Shown: positions 1 through 8,850 of the stretch, piece after piece | Layout: each line of letters starts with the position of its first letter | Numbering within the stretch: position 1 is the first letter of the stretch | From: a virus | Strand: one strand, 5' to 3' | DNA length: 53,030 nucleotides | IMG/VR virus record: IMGVR_UViG_3300012971_000007 | Coordinates: 1 to 53,030 of that record | The notes under the pieces: generated by a model | Databases searched by the model: none | What the model saw: the letters and a program-made list of their open reading frames with translations, nothing else | What the model was told of the DNA's origin: nothing | Program-made: the position numbers and the translations under genes

Positions 1-123
1 CCAAGAAGCGCACAACGCGATCGTGGCAGCCACCGCCAAGCAGGCCGTGCCACGCATCGGCGTGAAGAAGCCCCAGAAGCGCGAGGTGTCCCACAACGGG
101 CGGACCTGGATCGACTACGACCG
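1..123. repeat. Terminal direct repeat, copy 1 (identical to 52908-53030); signature of a circular or terminally redundant assembly
   Basis: Bases 1-123 (ccaagaagcgcacaacgcg...tcgactacgaccg) recur verbatim as the last 123 bases of the window. Confidence 0.9.
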
Positions 124-367
124 GATGGAAGACCCGGACGCCTTCGACGTGTACCCGCACAGGCGGGTGGATGGCGTCGAGGTGCCGATGATGGCAACGC
201 CGGCAGCGATGAGGGTGAAGGTCATCGGCAGCTATTACGGTGTGATGCGAGCGCACGAGGCATCGCCGTTCGCGAAGGATCCGAAGTCGGAATACATCCG
301 CCTGCCCAAGCCGCGCCCGTGGGCGCCGTCCTGCGACGACTTCGACCTGCTGCCGGACGTGGGCTAA
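2..367 (+). CDS. 3' part of the wrap-around ORF that begins at 52198; hypothetical protein
   Basis: It is in the same frame as the open ORF running off the window end, through the 123-bp overlap. Stop TAA at 365-367. Confidence 0.65.
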   Translation, partial: QEAHNAIVAATAKQAVPRIGVKKPQKREVSHNGRTWIDYDRMEDPDAFDVYPHRRVDGVEVPMMATPAAMRVKVIGSYYGVMRAHEASPFAKDPKSEYIRLPKPRPWAPSCDDFDLLPDVG

Positions 368-657
368 TGCCGACCCTAACCGACGTGGACCAGTGGGGCG
401 TGATGCTGCTGGACCGCAGCGCCGACGCCCAGCGCATGCGGCTGCTGAACATCGACGTGCGTTTGTCCGCAGGTGAGATCGACATCGGCGATGCGCTGGA
501 CGAAGCCAAGCTGGTGCTGGGGGAAGAAGTGGTCGACGGCATCCTGGCGATCCTGAAGTGGACCGGGAAACCGCAGGCGCAGCATCCGGCAGCGGGGCTG
601 CCGTCGGAGGTGCTGGAGGCGATCGAGAAGGCCAAGCAGCAGGTTTCGGAAGGCTAA
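367..657 (+). CDS. Hypothetical acidic protein (96 aa)
   Basis: The ATG overlaps the upstream stop (TAATG). It lies just upstream of terL, so a small-terminase role is possible, but no motif supports it. Confidence 0.55.
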   Translation: MPTLTDVDQWGVMLLDRSADAQRMRLLNIDVRLSAGEIDIGDALDEAKLVLGEEVVDGILAILKWTGKPQAQHPAAGLPSEVLEAIEKAKQQVSEG

Positions 658-750
658 TCAGCGGTGCGCGTGGGTAGGCGGCTAAGCCGTTGCCGGCCTG
701 AAAAAGACCCGACGAGGACCCGCGCGCACCGCGCCTTGGAGCGCCCGTGA

Positions 751-2379
751 ATGTCGTTCCTGCTCAAGCACTACTCGTCCGAGCTGCTGAAGCGGGAGGC
801 TGACCCTGAACGCGAGATCCGAAAGGTCTTTCGGGCCGAGGAATTCGCAGCCGGCCACGTCGAACAGCTTGCGTTTCTGAGCGACCGGTCGCCCTGGCAG
901 CACGTCATGTGCGCCAGGCAGTCGGGAAAGAGCTGGGGGTGCGACGGGAAGCTGTTCGAGAACGCACAGAACTACCCACGCTCCGTCGGGCTGCTTCTCG
1001 GCATCAAGGGCACGGGTGTCCGAGTAAACAACTGGATCCCGATCTGGCAGCAGGGCGTGTGTGAGCGGTATTCGCTATCCGCCGACTGCCACAACGAATC
1101 CCAGATGCTGACGACGTTCCCGAACGAGGCGCGCGTCATGTTCGCCGGCACGGACGACTTGACCAACGTCAAGAAGTACCTCGGCAACCGCCTGCACAAC
1201 TGCGTCGTCATCATCGACGAGTGCCAGGACCAGCCCGAGCACGTTCTCAAGTACATCCTGACCGTACTACTTCCGCCGATGTGCACGCCGACGACCCAGA
1301 TCATCATCGCGGGCGTCATTCCGGAGATGCCGGTCGGTTACTTCCTGGACCTGGCCGAGTACGACGCGGAATCGAAGACAGGCGGGAAGGGACCTGGCTA
1401 CGCCCACCATTCCTGGGCCCGCGCCGCCAACGTCCATACGCCAGAGGCGATGAAGCAGCTCCAGGACTACCTGAAGCGCCACAACATCTCGATCGAAGAC
1501 CTGACGATCCAGCGCGACTGGTTCAAGCGGCGCGTGTGGTCGCGAACCGCAGGCGCGTACAAGTACCGTCCCGAACTGAATGCCTACGCCCCGCCTGTCC
1601 CGGAATGGCTGGCCGAGGTGTACGCCCAATTCCAGGCCGAGGGGACCGGCAAGCACAAGCTCATGTTCGCGCATCCGATGCTGGAGGCCGATGACGGCGC
1701 CCGGTATGGCCTGATGGCAGCGGAGCCAGACCCTGGGATGCGCTACTTCGCATTCGCCCTCGACCCGGGGGCCAGCAGCGACAGGGCATCGGTGCAGGGC
1801 TGGGCCTGGGGCGAGCTATCGAAGAACGTCAAACACATCCTGGACTGGACGACGCCGCGGGGAGCGGGTCTGGCCACCAGCCAGATGTTCTCGGTCATGG
1901 GCTGGGCGCAGAAGATCTTCACGGGCTACGCCGGCCCCCGCGGCGGCATCGTCGACTGGCGGTATGACGCCGGCTCAAGTCAGAACACGATCGATAACCT
2001 CCAGAACGACTACGGCATCCCCGTGGTGCTGGCGGCAAAAAAGTCAGATCTGAAGGGCCAGGTAGACCGCAACAACGACCTGCTCGAACAGGGCCGGGCG
2101 CTGGTCATGATGGGATCGGCCCTCGAACAGGACTACCAGCGCGCCAGGTGGGATCCGGAGGCGCGCGCCCGCAAGCAGTTCCGGTGGGCAACCAACTGGC
2201 ACCCTGACCCGTCCGAGGCGGCCCGGTACGCGCTCCAAAAGTACCTGGACGTGCACGTCCCGCCGCCGCCGCCGCCGGCCAATGACCTGGAGCGGCACCG
2301 CGCAGAGGTGAAGGCCGCGCTAGACGAGGCGCGCAGGGCCGAGTCCCAGGCCGAAGAAGACGCCGCCGACTACGGCTAA
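751..2379 (+). CDS. terL: Terminase large subunit
   Basis: 542 aa with Walker A-like CARQSGKS, Walker B VVIIDECQD and an RNaseH-type nuclease motif FAFALDPGASSD. GGAG lies 9 nt before the ATG. Confidence 0.9.
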   Translation: MSFLLKHYSSELLKREADPEREIRKVFRAEEFAAGHVEQLAFLSDRSPWQHVMCARQSGKSWGCDGKLFENAQNYPRSVGLLLGIKGTGVRVNNWIPIWQQGVCERYSLSADCHNESQMLTTFPNEARVMFAGTDDLTNVKKYLGNRLHNCVVIIDECQDQPEHVLKYILTVLLPPMCTPTTQIIIAGVIPEMPVGYFLDLAEYDAESKTGGKGPGYAHHSWARAANVHTPEAMKQLQDYLKRHNISIEDLTIQRDWFKRRVWSRTAGAYKYRPELNAYAPPVPEWLAEVYAQFQAEGTGKHKLMFAHPMLEADDGARYGLMAAEPDPGMRYFAFALDPGASSDRASVQGWAWGELSKNVKHILDWTTPRGAGLATSQMFSVMGWAQKIFTGYAGPRGGIVDWRYDAGSSQNTIDNLQNDYGIPVVLAAKKSDLKGQVDRNNDLLEQGRALVMMGSALEQDYQRARWDPEARARKQFRWATNWHPDPSEAARYALQKYLDVHVPPPPPPANDLERHRAEVKAALDEARRAESQAEEDAADYG

Positions 2380-2381
2380 AC

Positions 2382-2410
2382 GTGCAGGGTAGGGCTGACG
2401 CATTGGCGTG
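2382..2410 (+). promoter_or_regulatory. Late intergenic cassette copy 1: GTGCAGGGTA-N8-GCATTGGCGTG
   Basis: It starts 3 nt after the terL stop. Its terminal GTG (2408) is the start codon of the next ORF. Confidence 0.6.
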
Positions 2411-2689
2411 CAGCTACCCAAGGCCGAAGACCTGCGGGCGATCTTCGCGGCGGCCCGTGAAAACGGCGTTGTACGCCTGAAGATCGGCAACATCGAGGTT
2501 GACCTGGCGCCGATGGGCCTGGTCGACGCGATCGATGAGGCACACCCGCTGCCGGAAGACCCGATCGCCATCGTGCGCGGCACCGTGCGCCCGAAGGGCA
2601 CCGCCGAGCTGCCCGACATCCTGGAGGCGATGTCCGAAGGGAAACGCATCGTCGACACGGTCACGCCCGACCCAACCGCCCCGCAGTGA
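2408..2689 (+). CDS. Hypothetical protein (93 aa)
   Basis: The ORF starts at the GTG of the cassette. Codon third positions are GC-rich like the neighbouring genes. Confidence 0.6.
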   Translation: MQLPKAEDLRAIFAAARENGVVRLKIGNIEVDLAPMGLVDAIDEAHPLPEDPIAIVRGTVRPKGTAELPDILEAMSEGKRIVDTVTPDPTAPQ

Positions 2690-2705
2690 CGAAGGAGCGA
2701 CGCGA

Positions 2706-3338
2706 ATGATCCAGGCAGTTGACGGTGTACTCGGGAATCGGTGGCCCCGCGTCTTCTGCCGTGCGTACCAGGAGACGTCGGCTATTGCGCCGGCCGCGAA
2801 CGCCAACCTGGCAGCGTTCCGCTGGACCGATCTCAGGGTTCTGTGCGTGCCGCTGCGCGTTTGGATCAACGTCAACGTTGCCACCGCGGTCACTGCGCAG
2901 CGTACGGACCCGCTGCGACTCTTCATCGCCCGAGCGTATACGGCGCGCGACGCCACGAACGCCACCGCCGTCACGATCAGTGCGGGAATGCAGAAGTTGC
3001 GCAGCGACGCACCCTTCGACTCGCTATTGGTTGGCAGCGCAAGCGGAAACTTCGACGTTGCCAACGCCGCCGCCGGTTTGACTGGCGGCACGAAGACGGT
3101 CGACAGCACCGCGATCGGTTCCAAGGCGTTCGGCGTCGAAGTTCTGGCCGGTCTCGGCACTGGCATGGAGGGGGATATCTGGGTGGGAGCGCCTCAGGGC
3201 TCGATGCCGCCGCAATTCAGGGCGCAGGCCATCGGCGGCGGCGAGGGTTTGCTGGTTCAATGGGGCGCGACGGCCCTGGCGACCGGTACGGTCACGGTAG
3301 GCGTCGGCATCGAGTGGGCAGAGCTGACGAACGCCTAG
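2706..3338 (+). CDS. Hypothetical structural-module protein (210 aa)
   Basis: ATG 2706 is preceded by gaaggag. It is in frame with track ORF 2499-3338. The protein is Ala/Gly/Thr-rich and looks beta-rich. Confidence 0.65.
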   Translation: MIQAVDGVLGNRWPRVFCRAYQETSAIAPAANANLAAFRWTDLRVLCVPLRVWINVNVATAVTAQRTDPLRLFIARAYTARDATNATAVTISAGMQKLRSDAPFDSLLVGSASGNFDVANAAAGLTGGTKTVDSTAIGSKAFGVEVLAGLGTGMEGDIWVGAPQGSMPPQFRAQAIGGGEGLLVQWGATALATGTVTVGVGIEWAELTNA

Positions 3339-3345
3339 GAGGCCG

Positions 3346-5289
3346 ATGGCGTTCGAGCTGCAAACCGGGCGCTGGTGGGACGCCAACGAGAACGACGTCG
3401 CATCAACGCTCGCCGGCTGGGCCACGCACCTGGAGTCGTTTGACTTCGAGCGGCGCTCCAAAAACCTGATCTACGCCCGCCTGGCCACTAATCGCGACCT
3501 GCCGAACATCTACGGGCTGGCGCTCACTCGGACCAACATGCGGGCGCTCGACTTCCGCGACTGGAAGGCCCCCGTCTTCAACGTCACGGGGAGCAGCATC
3601 GAGACACTGGTCAACAAGGTCGGGCGAAACAAGCCCTGGATCCTGTTCCTGACCGACGGTGGCGACTTCTCGGCGCGCATGGCCGGTAAGCGACGGAGCC
3701 GGTTCGTTGACGGCGTGTTCCATGAGACGCAGACCTACAAGCTCACGCGCCAGATGTTCCAGGACGCGCTCACATATGGTGACGGGTTCATCAAGGCGAC
3801 GAAGTCCATGGACGGAAAGAGCATCGTCCACGACGTTGTACTGGCCGACGAACTGTTGGTTGATCCGTGGGACTCGCTCTACTTCGGCAAGTGGCCACGC
3901 TCGTTGATCCATCGAACGTTCGTCAACCGAACCGAGCTGCTCTCGATCTACGGCGACGACGAAGAGATCCGCTTCGCGATCGAAACGGCGCCCGGATCGT
4001 TCCAGGGCCCGATGTGGGGCGGCATGTCGTCGAACGCGCAGTCGGCAATGGTGGCGGTGCTGGAGGGCTGGAAGCTGCCCGATCCGGACGGCACGCCAGG
4101 GCGACACGTCCTGTGCATCAGCGATCGCGGCGTCCTGGTGGACGAGCCGTACAAGCGGAAGAAGTACCCGTTTGTCAAAATGTCCTGTGTCTCTGCGGGG
4201 CGCGGGTTCTGGAACATCGGCGTGCCGGAAATCCTCGGCCCCTTCCAGGCCAACATCAACCGCACGCAGCAGGTCATCGACGAGTGCCAGCGTCGGATGT
4301 CGACCGGTCGCTGGCTGGTGCCGACCGGCAGCGGTGTGACCGACGACGCGCTGGCGTCGAAGGCCGCCGGCATCATTCGCCACGCACCCAATCAGCCGCC
4401 GCAGTTCATCACGCCGCAGGCTGTCCCGGCTGATCTGTACGCCCACCTCGACAAGACGATCGAGCGCGCCTACAAGCGGGTTGGGATCTCCGAGTTGGCC
4501 GCGCAGGCGATGAAGCCAGCGGGCCTGAACAGCGGCGAAGCGCTGCGCGCATTCGAGAGCGCCGAGAGCGAGCGCTATGTGACACTGGGGATGCAGCTTG
4601 AGGAAGCGGTGGTCGACCTGGCCGAGCTGGATCTGGAGTTGGCCGAAGAGATCAGGCCGACGGTGCGCGCCCCGCGGTCGGGCGGGATCGACGTCATTGA
4701 TTGGTCGGAGCTGGAGAAGCTGAAGGACAGCAGCGCCGTCATGAAGGCCTTCCCGATCTCGTCGCTGCCGACGAGCCCCGCCGGACGTCTCCAGCGGGCC
4801 GCCGAGATGTTCCAGATCGGTCAGATCACGAAGGAAGATTACCTGCGGATCATCGACTACCCCGACACGCAGGCGGTGATCGATCTCAACATCGCCTCGC
4901 GCGACTCGATCGATTGGATGCTGGACCGGATCGTTGAGAGCGGCGTGCCGGAGATGCCCGAACCGTACCAGCCGCTCGACGTGGCAATCACGGTCGCGCA
5001 GAACCGTTACCTGCGCGAACGGACGCTTGGCTGTCCCGAGGAACGGCTGGAGCTGCTGCGCCGGTTCATGGACACGGCCAAGACACTCCAGCAGAAGATC
5101 GCCAGCGGCCAGACCACACCGGGCGCGCCACAGACCCCGCCGGCCGCAAATCCCGCGTCAGGCATGCCCAGCCCGCCCGGCGGCCTGCCGCCGCCTGTGC
5201 CGCCCGTCATCGGACAGGGCGCGGCTGGCGGTGGTCCGCCGAACCTGGGTCCAGTTCCGTCACAGCAACCGCTGCCGCAAGCAGCCTGA
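3346..5289 (+). CDS. Portal protein (putative)
   Basis: 647 aa, the first large gene after terL, with aggagg before the ATG. The C-terminal tail is Pro/Gly-rich. The call rests on size and position. Confidence 0.7.
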   Translation: MAFELQTGRWWDANENDVASTLAGWATHLESFDFERRSKNLIYARLATNRDLPNIYGLALTRTNMRALDFRDWKAPVFNVTGSSIETLVNKVGRNKPWILFLTDGGDFSARMAGKRRSRFVDGVFHETQTYKLTRQMFQDALTYGDGFIKATKSMDGKSIVHDVVLADELLVDPWDSLYFGKWPRSLIHRTFVNRTELLSIYGDDEEIRFAIETAPGSFQGPMWGGMSSNAQSAMVAVLEGWKLPDPDGTPGRHVLCISDRGVLVDEPYKRKKYPFVKMSCVSAGRGFWNIGVPEILGPFQANINRTQQVIDECQRRMSTGRWLVPTGSGVTDDALASKAAGIIRHAPNQPPQFITPQAVPADLYAHLDKTIERAYKRVGISELAAQAMKPAGLNSGEALRAFESAESERYVTLGMQLEEAVVDLAELDLELAEEIRPTVRAPRSGGIDVIDWSELEKLKDSSAVMKAFPISSLPTSPAGRLQRAAEMFQIGQITKEDYLRIIDYPDTQAVIDLNIASRDSIDWMLDRIVESGVPEMPEPYQPLDVAITVAQNRYLRERTLGCPEERLELLRRFMDTAKTLQQKIASGQTTPGAPQTPPAANPASGMPSPPGGLPPPVPPVIGQGAAGGGPPNLGPVPSQQPLPQAA

Positions 5290-5305
5290 AACAAGGAGAA
5301 CGAAC

Positions 5306-5482
5306 ATGGCCGAGAAAGAAACGAAAGTCCCCAATGGAAACGCCGCAGGCGCGGCGCTGAACGCCAGCGTGGTCAAGTCGACCGAAGAGGCGACGACCCG
5401 CGCGTACGAGCGCGCGTTCAACGCCACCGACACATCGGCGCCCCCGCCCTCCGCTGCGCCGGAGCCCACGGGGACGAAGTAG
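5306..5482 (+). CDS. Small protein (58 aa), paralog of 5486-5797
   Basis: aaggag lies before the ATG. The C-terminus RAYERAFNATDTSAPPPSAAPEPTGT matches the next gene. Confidence 0.6.
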   Translation: MAEKETKVPNGNAAGAALNASVVKSTEEATTRAYERAFNATDTSAPPPSAAPEPTGTK

Positions 5483-5485
5483 GTC

Positions 5486-5797
5486 ATGGGAACGAGAAGC
5501 AATGCTCCGTCGGTCAGCAAGGAGGTATCCGCGACGAACGTCAGGGAGCCGAAGGGCGAAACGGAGCCAAACGGCAATAAGATCCTGACGGGACCGGACA
5601 AGGGCAACAAGGCAGCGGAGAAGTCGGCCTACAAGCGGGCCGACGTCAACGACCCGCAGTCGGGCCCAGAGGCGGTCCAAGCCGGATACGACGAAGCGGT
5701 ACGGCGGTCATACGCCCGAGCCTTCGGCGCAACCGACACCACGGCCAAGCCGCCGAGCGCCGTCCCGCCGACGACCGGCACCACGGGAAAGGGGTAA
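5486..5797 (+). CDS. Small protein (103 aa), paralog of 5306-5482
   Basis: The C-terminus is RSYARAFGATDTTAKPPSAVPPTTGT. Confidence 0.65.
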   Translation: MGTRSNAPSVSKEVSATNVREPKGETEPNGNKILTGPDKGNKAAEKSAYKRADVNDPQSGPEAVQAGYDEAVRRSYARAFGATDTTAKPPSAVPPTTGTTGKG

Positions 5798-5800
5798 GCG

Positions 5801-5971
5801 ATGGATCCGGAATTGGAAGCACGAATCGTCAGAGCGCTACGGCAGGCGGCGCGGGACGCCAGGTCATCCGACAGCCAGGCAGAAGCCGAAGCGCTGATCG
5901 AAATCCTGACCATCCCGGAACCGCCGCCGCCCCCGCCAGAAGCCCCGGTCGCACCGGAGCCAGCACCGTGA
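5801..5971 (+). CDS. Hypothetical small protein (56 aa, poly-Pro tail)
   Basis: ATG at 5801; the stop TGA overlaps the next GTG (GTGA). It is below the ORF-track size cutoff. Confidence 0.45.
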   Translation: MDPELEARIVRALRQAARDARSSDSQAEAEALIEILTIPEPPPPPPEAPVAPEPAP

Positions 5972-6147
5972 AACCGAAGCTGGGCAGCGGTGCCAGGTTC
6001 GCGTCCCTTGAGCACAAGTTCGAGGGACGCGGCGACATCAAGAACCCGGGCGCCCTGGCGGCGTCGATCGGGCGCAAGAAGTACGGCGCGAAGAAGTTCA
6101 GCGCGCTATCACACAAACGCCCACGTCTGAAAGAATACGTGCGCTAA
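5968..6147 (+). CDS. Small basic protein (59 aa), ends KRPRLKEYVR
   Basis: GTGA overlap upstream and TAATG overlap downstream. The motif GSGARFASLE...NPGALAASIGRKKYG resembles small proteins recalled from other phage head modules (memory only). Confidence 0.55.
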   Translation: MKPKLGSGARFASLEHKFEGRGDIKNPGALAASIGRKKYGAKKFSALSHKRPRLKEYVR

Positions 6148-6317
6148 TGCCCTACGCTAGCCGGGCACAGCAACGGTTCTTTCACGCCGCCGAGGCACGG
6201 GGCGAGATGCCAGCCAGCACGGTGAAGGAGTACGACAAGGCCACCGACTTCAAGGGCCTGCCGGCCCGCGTCGGCAAGAAAAAGCGTCGCCCCCGTCTGG
6301 CTGAATACGTCAAATAA
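6147..6317 (+). CDS. Small basic protein (56 aa), DUF3008-like, ends RRPRLAEYVK
   Basis: Contains SRAQQRFFHAAEARGEMP...KGLPARVGKKK. The C-terminal motif is shared with the previous gene. Confidence 0.55.
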   Translation: MPYASRAQQRFFHAAEARGEMPASTVKEYDKATDFKGLPARVGKKKRRPRLAEYVK

Positions 6318-6324
6318 CCTGGCC

Positions 6325-6353
6325 GTGCAGGGTACGCCTCTCGCATTGGCGTG
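6325..6353 (+). promoter_or_regulatory. Late intergenic cassette copy 2
   Basis: GTGCAGGGTA-cgcctctc-GCATTGGCGTG. The terminal GTG (6351) is the scaffold gene start. Confidence 0.6.
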
Positions 6354-7487
6354 GGAGACACCCAAGGAGACGCGCCAGCAGCCGCTACCACCGGCAGCGG
6401 CGAAGGGACACCCGATAGCGGCACGCCGCCGGCAGGCGACGCGCCCGACACGCAGGGAGGCGCGGCGCCAGGCGGGACTCATAATCCCGCAGACACGGGT
6501 TCGACTCCCGCCCCTGCTACCGAAGGCGGCGACAAGCCGCCGGAGACCAGCACCAAGGGCAAGGCGGGCAAGGCGAAGCCGGCCGAGCCGTCGGCCAGAT
6601 CTGGCCCAGATCTGACCCGCCGACTGGCGGACATGTCGAGAGACAACCGGGAACACCGGAAGGCGCTCGCGGATACGACCAGGGAGCTTGAATCCGCTCA
6701 TCAGCGGTTGGCGGACTTCGACGGTCTGATCAAACGCTCCCAGGCGGGCGACGGCGCGGCGATCGAGGAGATCTACAACCGGTTCGGCCTGTCGTTCGAG
6801 AAGATCGTCGACTACCACGCCGGCAAGCCGGATCCGACGCCCGAGCAGGCCCGCGATGCGGAAGTCGCCGCCCTGCGGGCCGAGCTGAAGGCTGACAAGG
6901 AAGCCCGCCAGCAGGAGCAGCAGCAAGCCCAGCAGGCGATGGCACAACAGCGCGAAGCCGCCGCCCGCGCGGAGTATGTAGGTATGTGCGGCCAACACAT
7001 CAAGGCCGCGGGGGACCAGGCCGAAATCTGCGGGCGTCTTGGCGACGAAGCCGCGGAGGCGGTCTTCGGCAAGGTGATCAAGGCGTGGGGTGATGCCGGC
7101 CGTCCCGAGCTGATGCCGGGCGAGCTGGAAGAGGCGATCGACAAGGCGATCGAGGTGCAGGAGCTGGAGTACGAGAAGCGCGGACAGCTTCTCGTGAAAA
7201 AGCTCAACGGCACGAATGGCACCAACGGTCACGCCAACGGCGCCGCGAAAACTTCTGATCTTCCAGCCGGCTTGACCGGCGGGAAATTGAGCGACACGGA
7301 CGAAACCATCCTGAACGGGCTCATAGACAAGTCGGCCCCCGGGGAGAAATCGCAACGCGCGAAGCCCCGGTCAATCAGCAGCCAGATGGGGGGCTCGGCG
7401 CCGCCGAAGACCGCCCCACGCGGAGGCATGGACGCCCGCGAGGCCCTACGGGCCACCCTCGCGGACTTCAACCTCACCCCGCGCTGA
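6351..7487 (+). CDS. Scaffolding protein (putative)
   Basis: 378 aa with a low-complexity N-terminus and charged, helical repeats of the QQEQQQAQQAMAQQREAAARAEY type. It lies immediately upstream of the capsid gene. Confidence 0.65.
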   Translation: MGDTQGDAPAAATTGSGEGTPDSGTPPAGDAPDTQGGAAPGGTHNPADTGSTPAPATEGGDKPPETSTKGKAGKAKPAEPSARSGPDLTRRLADMSRDNREHRKALADTTRELESAHQRLADFDGLIKRSQAGDGAAIEEIYNRFGLSFEKIVDYHAGKPDPTPEQARDAEVAALRAELKADKEARQQEQQQAQQAMAQQREAAARAEYVGMCGQHIKAAGDQAEICGRLGDEAAEAVFGKVIKAWGDAGRPELMPGELEEAIDKAIEVQELEYEKRGQLLVKKLNGTNGTNGHANGAAKTSDLPAGLTGGKLSDTDETILNGLIDKSAPGEKSQRAKPRSISSQMGGSAPPKTAPRGGMDAREALRATLADFNLTPR

Positions 7488-7527
7488 CGCTGATCATCTT
7501 CGAGCCGGCCCGTAAGGAAGGTCCGCA

Positions 7528-8763
7528 ATGATTGCGGATATCGTTGCAGCAGTCGAACCAATCTACAAGCAGTGGTACTCGTCCAGCTACGAGAACATGT
7601 TCTATCGCGACCGCCCCGCGATGGGCATGATCGCCAAGGAACGGGCAGGCGGCGAGCAGGTCAAGCAGCCGATCAAGATCGCGCAGGGTCCGGGGCAGTC
7701 GGCCACCTTCACCAATGCGCAGGGCAACGTCGGTCTGTCGACCCGTCGGCCCTTCCTGGGTGACTGGGGTCTCGACTATTCGCTGGCCCGCGTCTCCAAC
7801 ACGCTGATCGAGCTGTCGGAGAACAACAAGGGGGCGATCGTCAAAGCACTGGCGGACGAGACCGAATCGGCCGTCGATGCTCTGGCGCAGCGCTTCGAGC
7901 ACGACATGTTCCGGTCGGGATACGGAGACTGCGGTGTGCTGGCTTCCACGCCGGGCAGCACCACGGTCACGCTGACCCTCCGGGCGGACGCGCAGAACTT
8001 CTTCGTGGGCCAGGTGCTGGTCGCAGCCGCGACCGTCAACTCGTCCGTGCTGCGCAATGCGGGTGCTACGGCGCTCGTGTCGGGCGTCGACCGCGACGCT
8101 GGCACCGTCCTGAGCGCGTCCAACTGGACGGCCCAGATCGCGGCCCTCGTTGGCGGTGACGTTCTGTTCCAGCAGGGCGACCGTCAGAACAGCGCGACCC
8201 CCACGCCCCTCAAGGTCGTGGGATTCGCGGGATGGCTGCCGCTGTCGGCTCCGGTCGGCGGTGACAACTTCTTCGGCGTCGATCGCTCGATCGATCCGAC
8301 GTCGCTGGCGGGTGTCCGCAACTCGGGCATCGGCAAGCCGGTCAGCCAGGCGATCTACGACCTGGCGGTGCGCATCGGAGAGAACGGCGGCGCTCCTGAC
8401 GTCTGCTTCCTGTCGTTCGACACGTTCGGGAAGCTGGCCGTGGAGTTGGACAACCGGGCGATCTACGAAAACATCCAGGGCGCTGGGATCACGATCCTCT
8501 ACGAGGCGCTGACGGTGGCTGGGCCGAAGGGACGCATCAAGGTGTTCCCGTCGACCTACTGCCCGATGGATCGCCTCTTCGTGATCACGAAGCGCGACTG
8601 GACGATCTACTGCGGCGGGGGCGCGAACCCGATGTTCCCGTCGCTGAAGGGCGTCTCGCTGCTCGACGTGTCCAACGCCGATCAGGTCGAGGTGCGGCAC
8701 AAGACGCTGGCGCAGCTCATGTGCGCGGCACCGGGCCACTCCGGAGTGGCGCAGCTCCAGTAG
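7528..8763 (+). CDS. Major capsid protein (putative)
   Basis: 411 aa, following the scaffold gene, with aaggaagg before the ATG. A strong hairpin lies just downstream. Confidence 0.75.
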   Translation: MIADIVAAVEPIYKQWYSSSYENMFYRDRPAMGMIAKERAGGEQVKQPIKIAQGPGQSATFTNAQGNVGLSTRRPFLGDWGLDYSLARVSNTLIELSENNKGAIVKALADETESAVDALAQRFEHDMFRSGYGDCGVLASTPGSTTVTLTLRADAQNFFVGQVLVAAATVNSSVLRNAGATALVSGVDRDAGTVLSASNWTAQIAALVGGDVLFQQGDRQNSATPTPLKVVGFAGWLPLSAPVGGDNFFGVDRSIDPTSLAGVRNSGIGKPVSQAIYDLAVRIGENGGAPDVCFLSFDTFGKLAVELDNRAIYENIQGAGITILYEALTVAGPKGRIKVFPSTYCPMDRLFVITKRDWTIYCGGGANPMFPSLKGVSLLDVSNADQVEVRHKTLAQLMCAAPGHSGVAQLQ

Positions 8764-8776
8764 TCGGTGACGTGAC

Positions 8777-8807
8777 GCTCGGAGCGTAGCTGTACCGCGC
8801 TCCGGGC
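8777..8807 (+). terminator. GC-rich hairpin after the capsid gene (attenuator or terminator candidate, no U-tract)
   Basis: gctcggagcg (8777-8786) pairs with cgctccgggc (8798-8807); 10 bp including one T-G pair. Confidence 0.35.
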
Positions 8808-8850
8808 GTTGCGACCCCCCGGCACAACATACGGGAAGGAATCAACGACA

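Noticed and set aside
662-730. 9-bp inverted repeat (cggtgcgcg / cgcgcaccg) upstream of terL as a pac site or terminator.
   Set aside because: The arms are short, the loop is about 50 nt, and no supporting repeats or T-tract are present. The evidence is insufficient.
2382-2410. Reading the 29-bp late cassette as a sigma54 (-24/-12) promoter or a T7-type single-subunit RNAP promoter.
   Set aside because: The GG/GC spacing does not fit TGGCAC-N5-TTGCA on either strand. No RNAP-sized ORF with polymerase motifs exists in the genome.
6144-7355. 403-aa minus-strand ORF opposite the scaffold gene. Similar long antisense ORFs lie at 7474-8739, 20453-21631, 21962-23143, 36626-38041 and 47009-48049.
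   Set aside because: These are typical shadow ORFs of GC-rich DNA. Their products are Arg/Pro/Gly-rich low-complexity strings. They lie fully antisense to genes with recognisable motifs (capsid, tailspike, ParB/DGQHR, Dam) and lack SD sequences or start-stop coupling.
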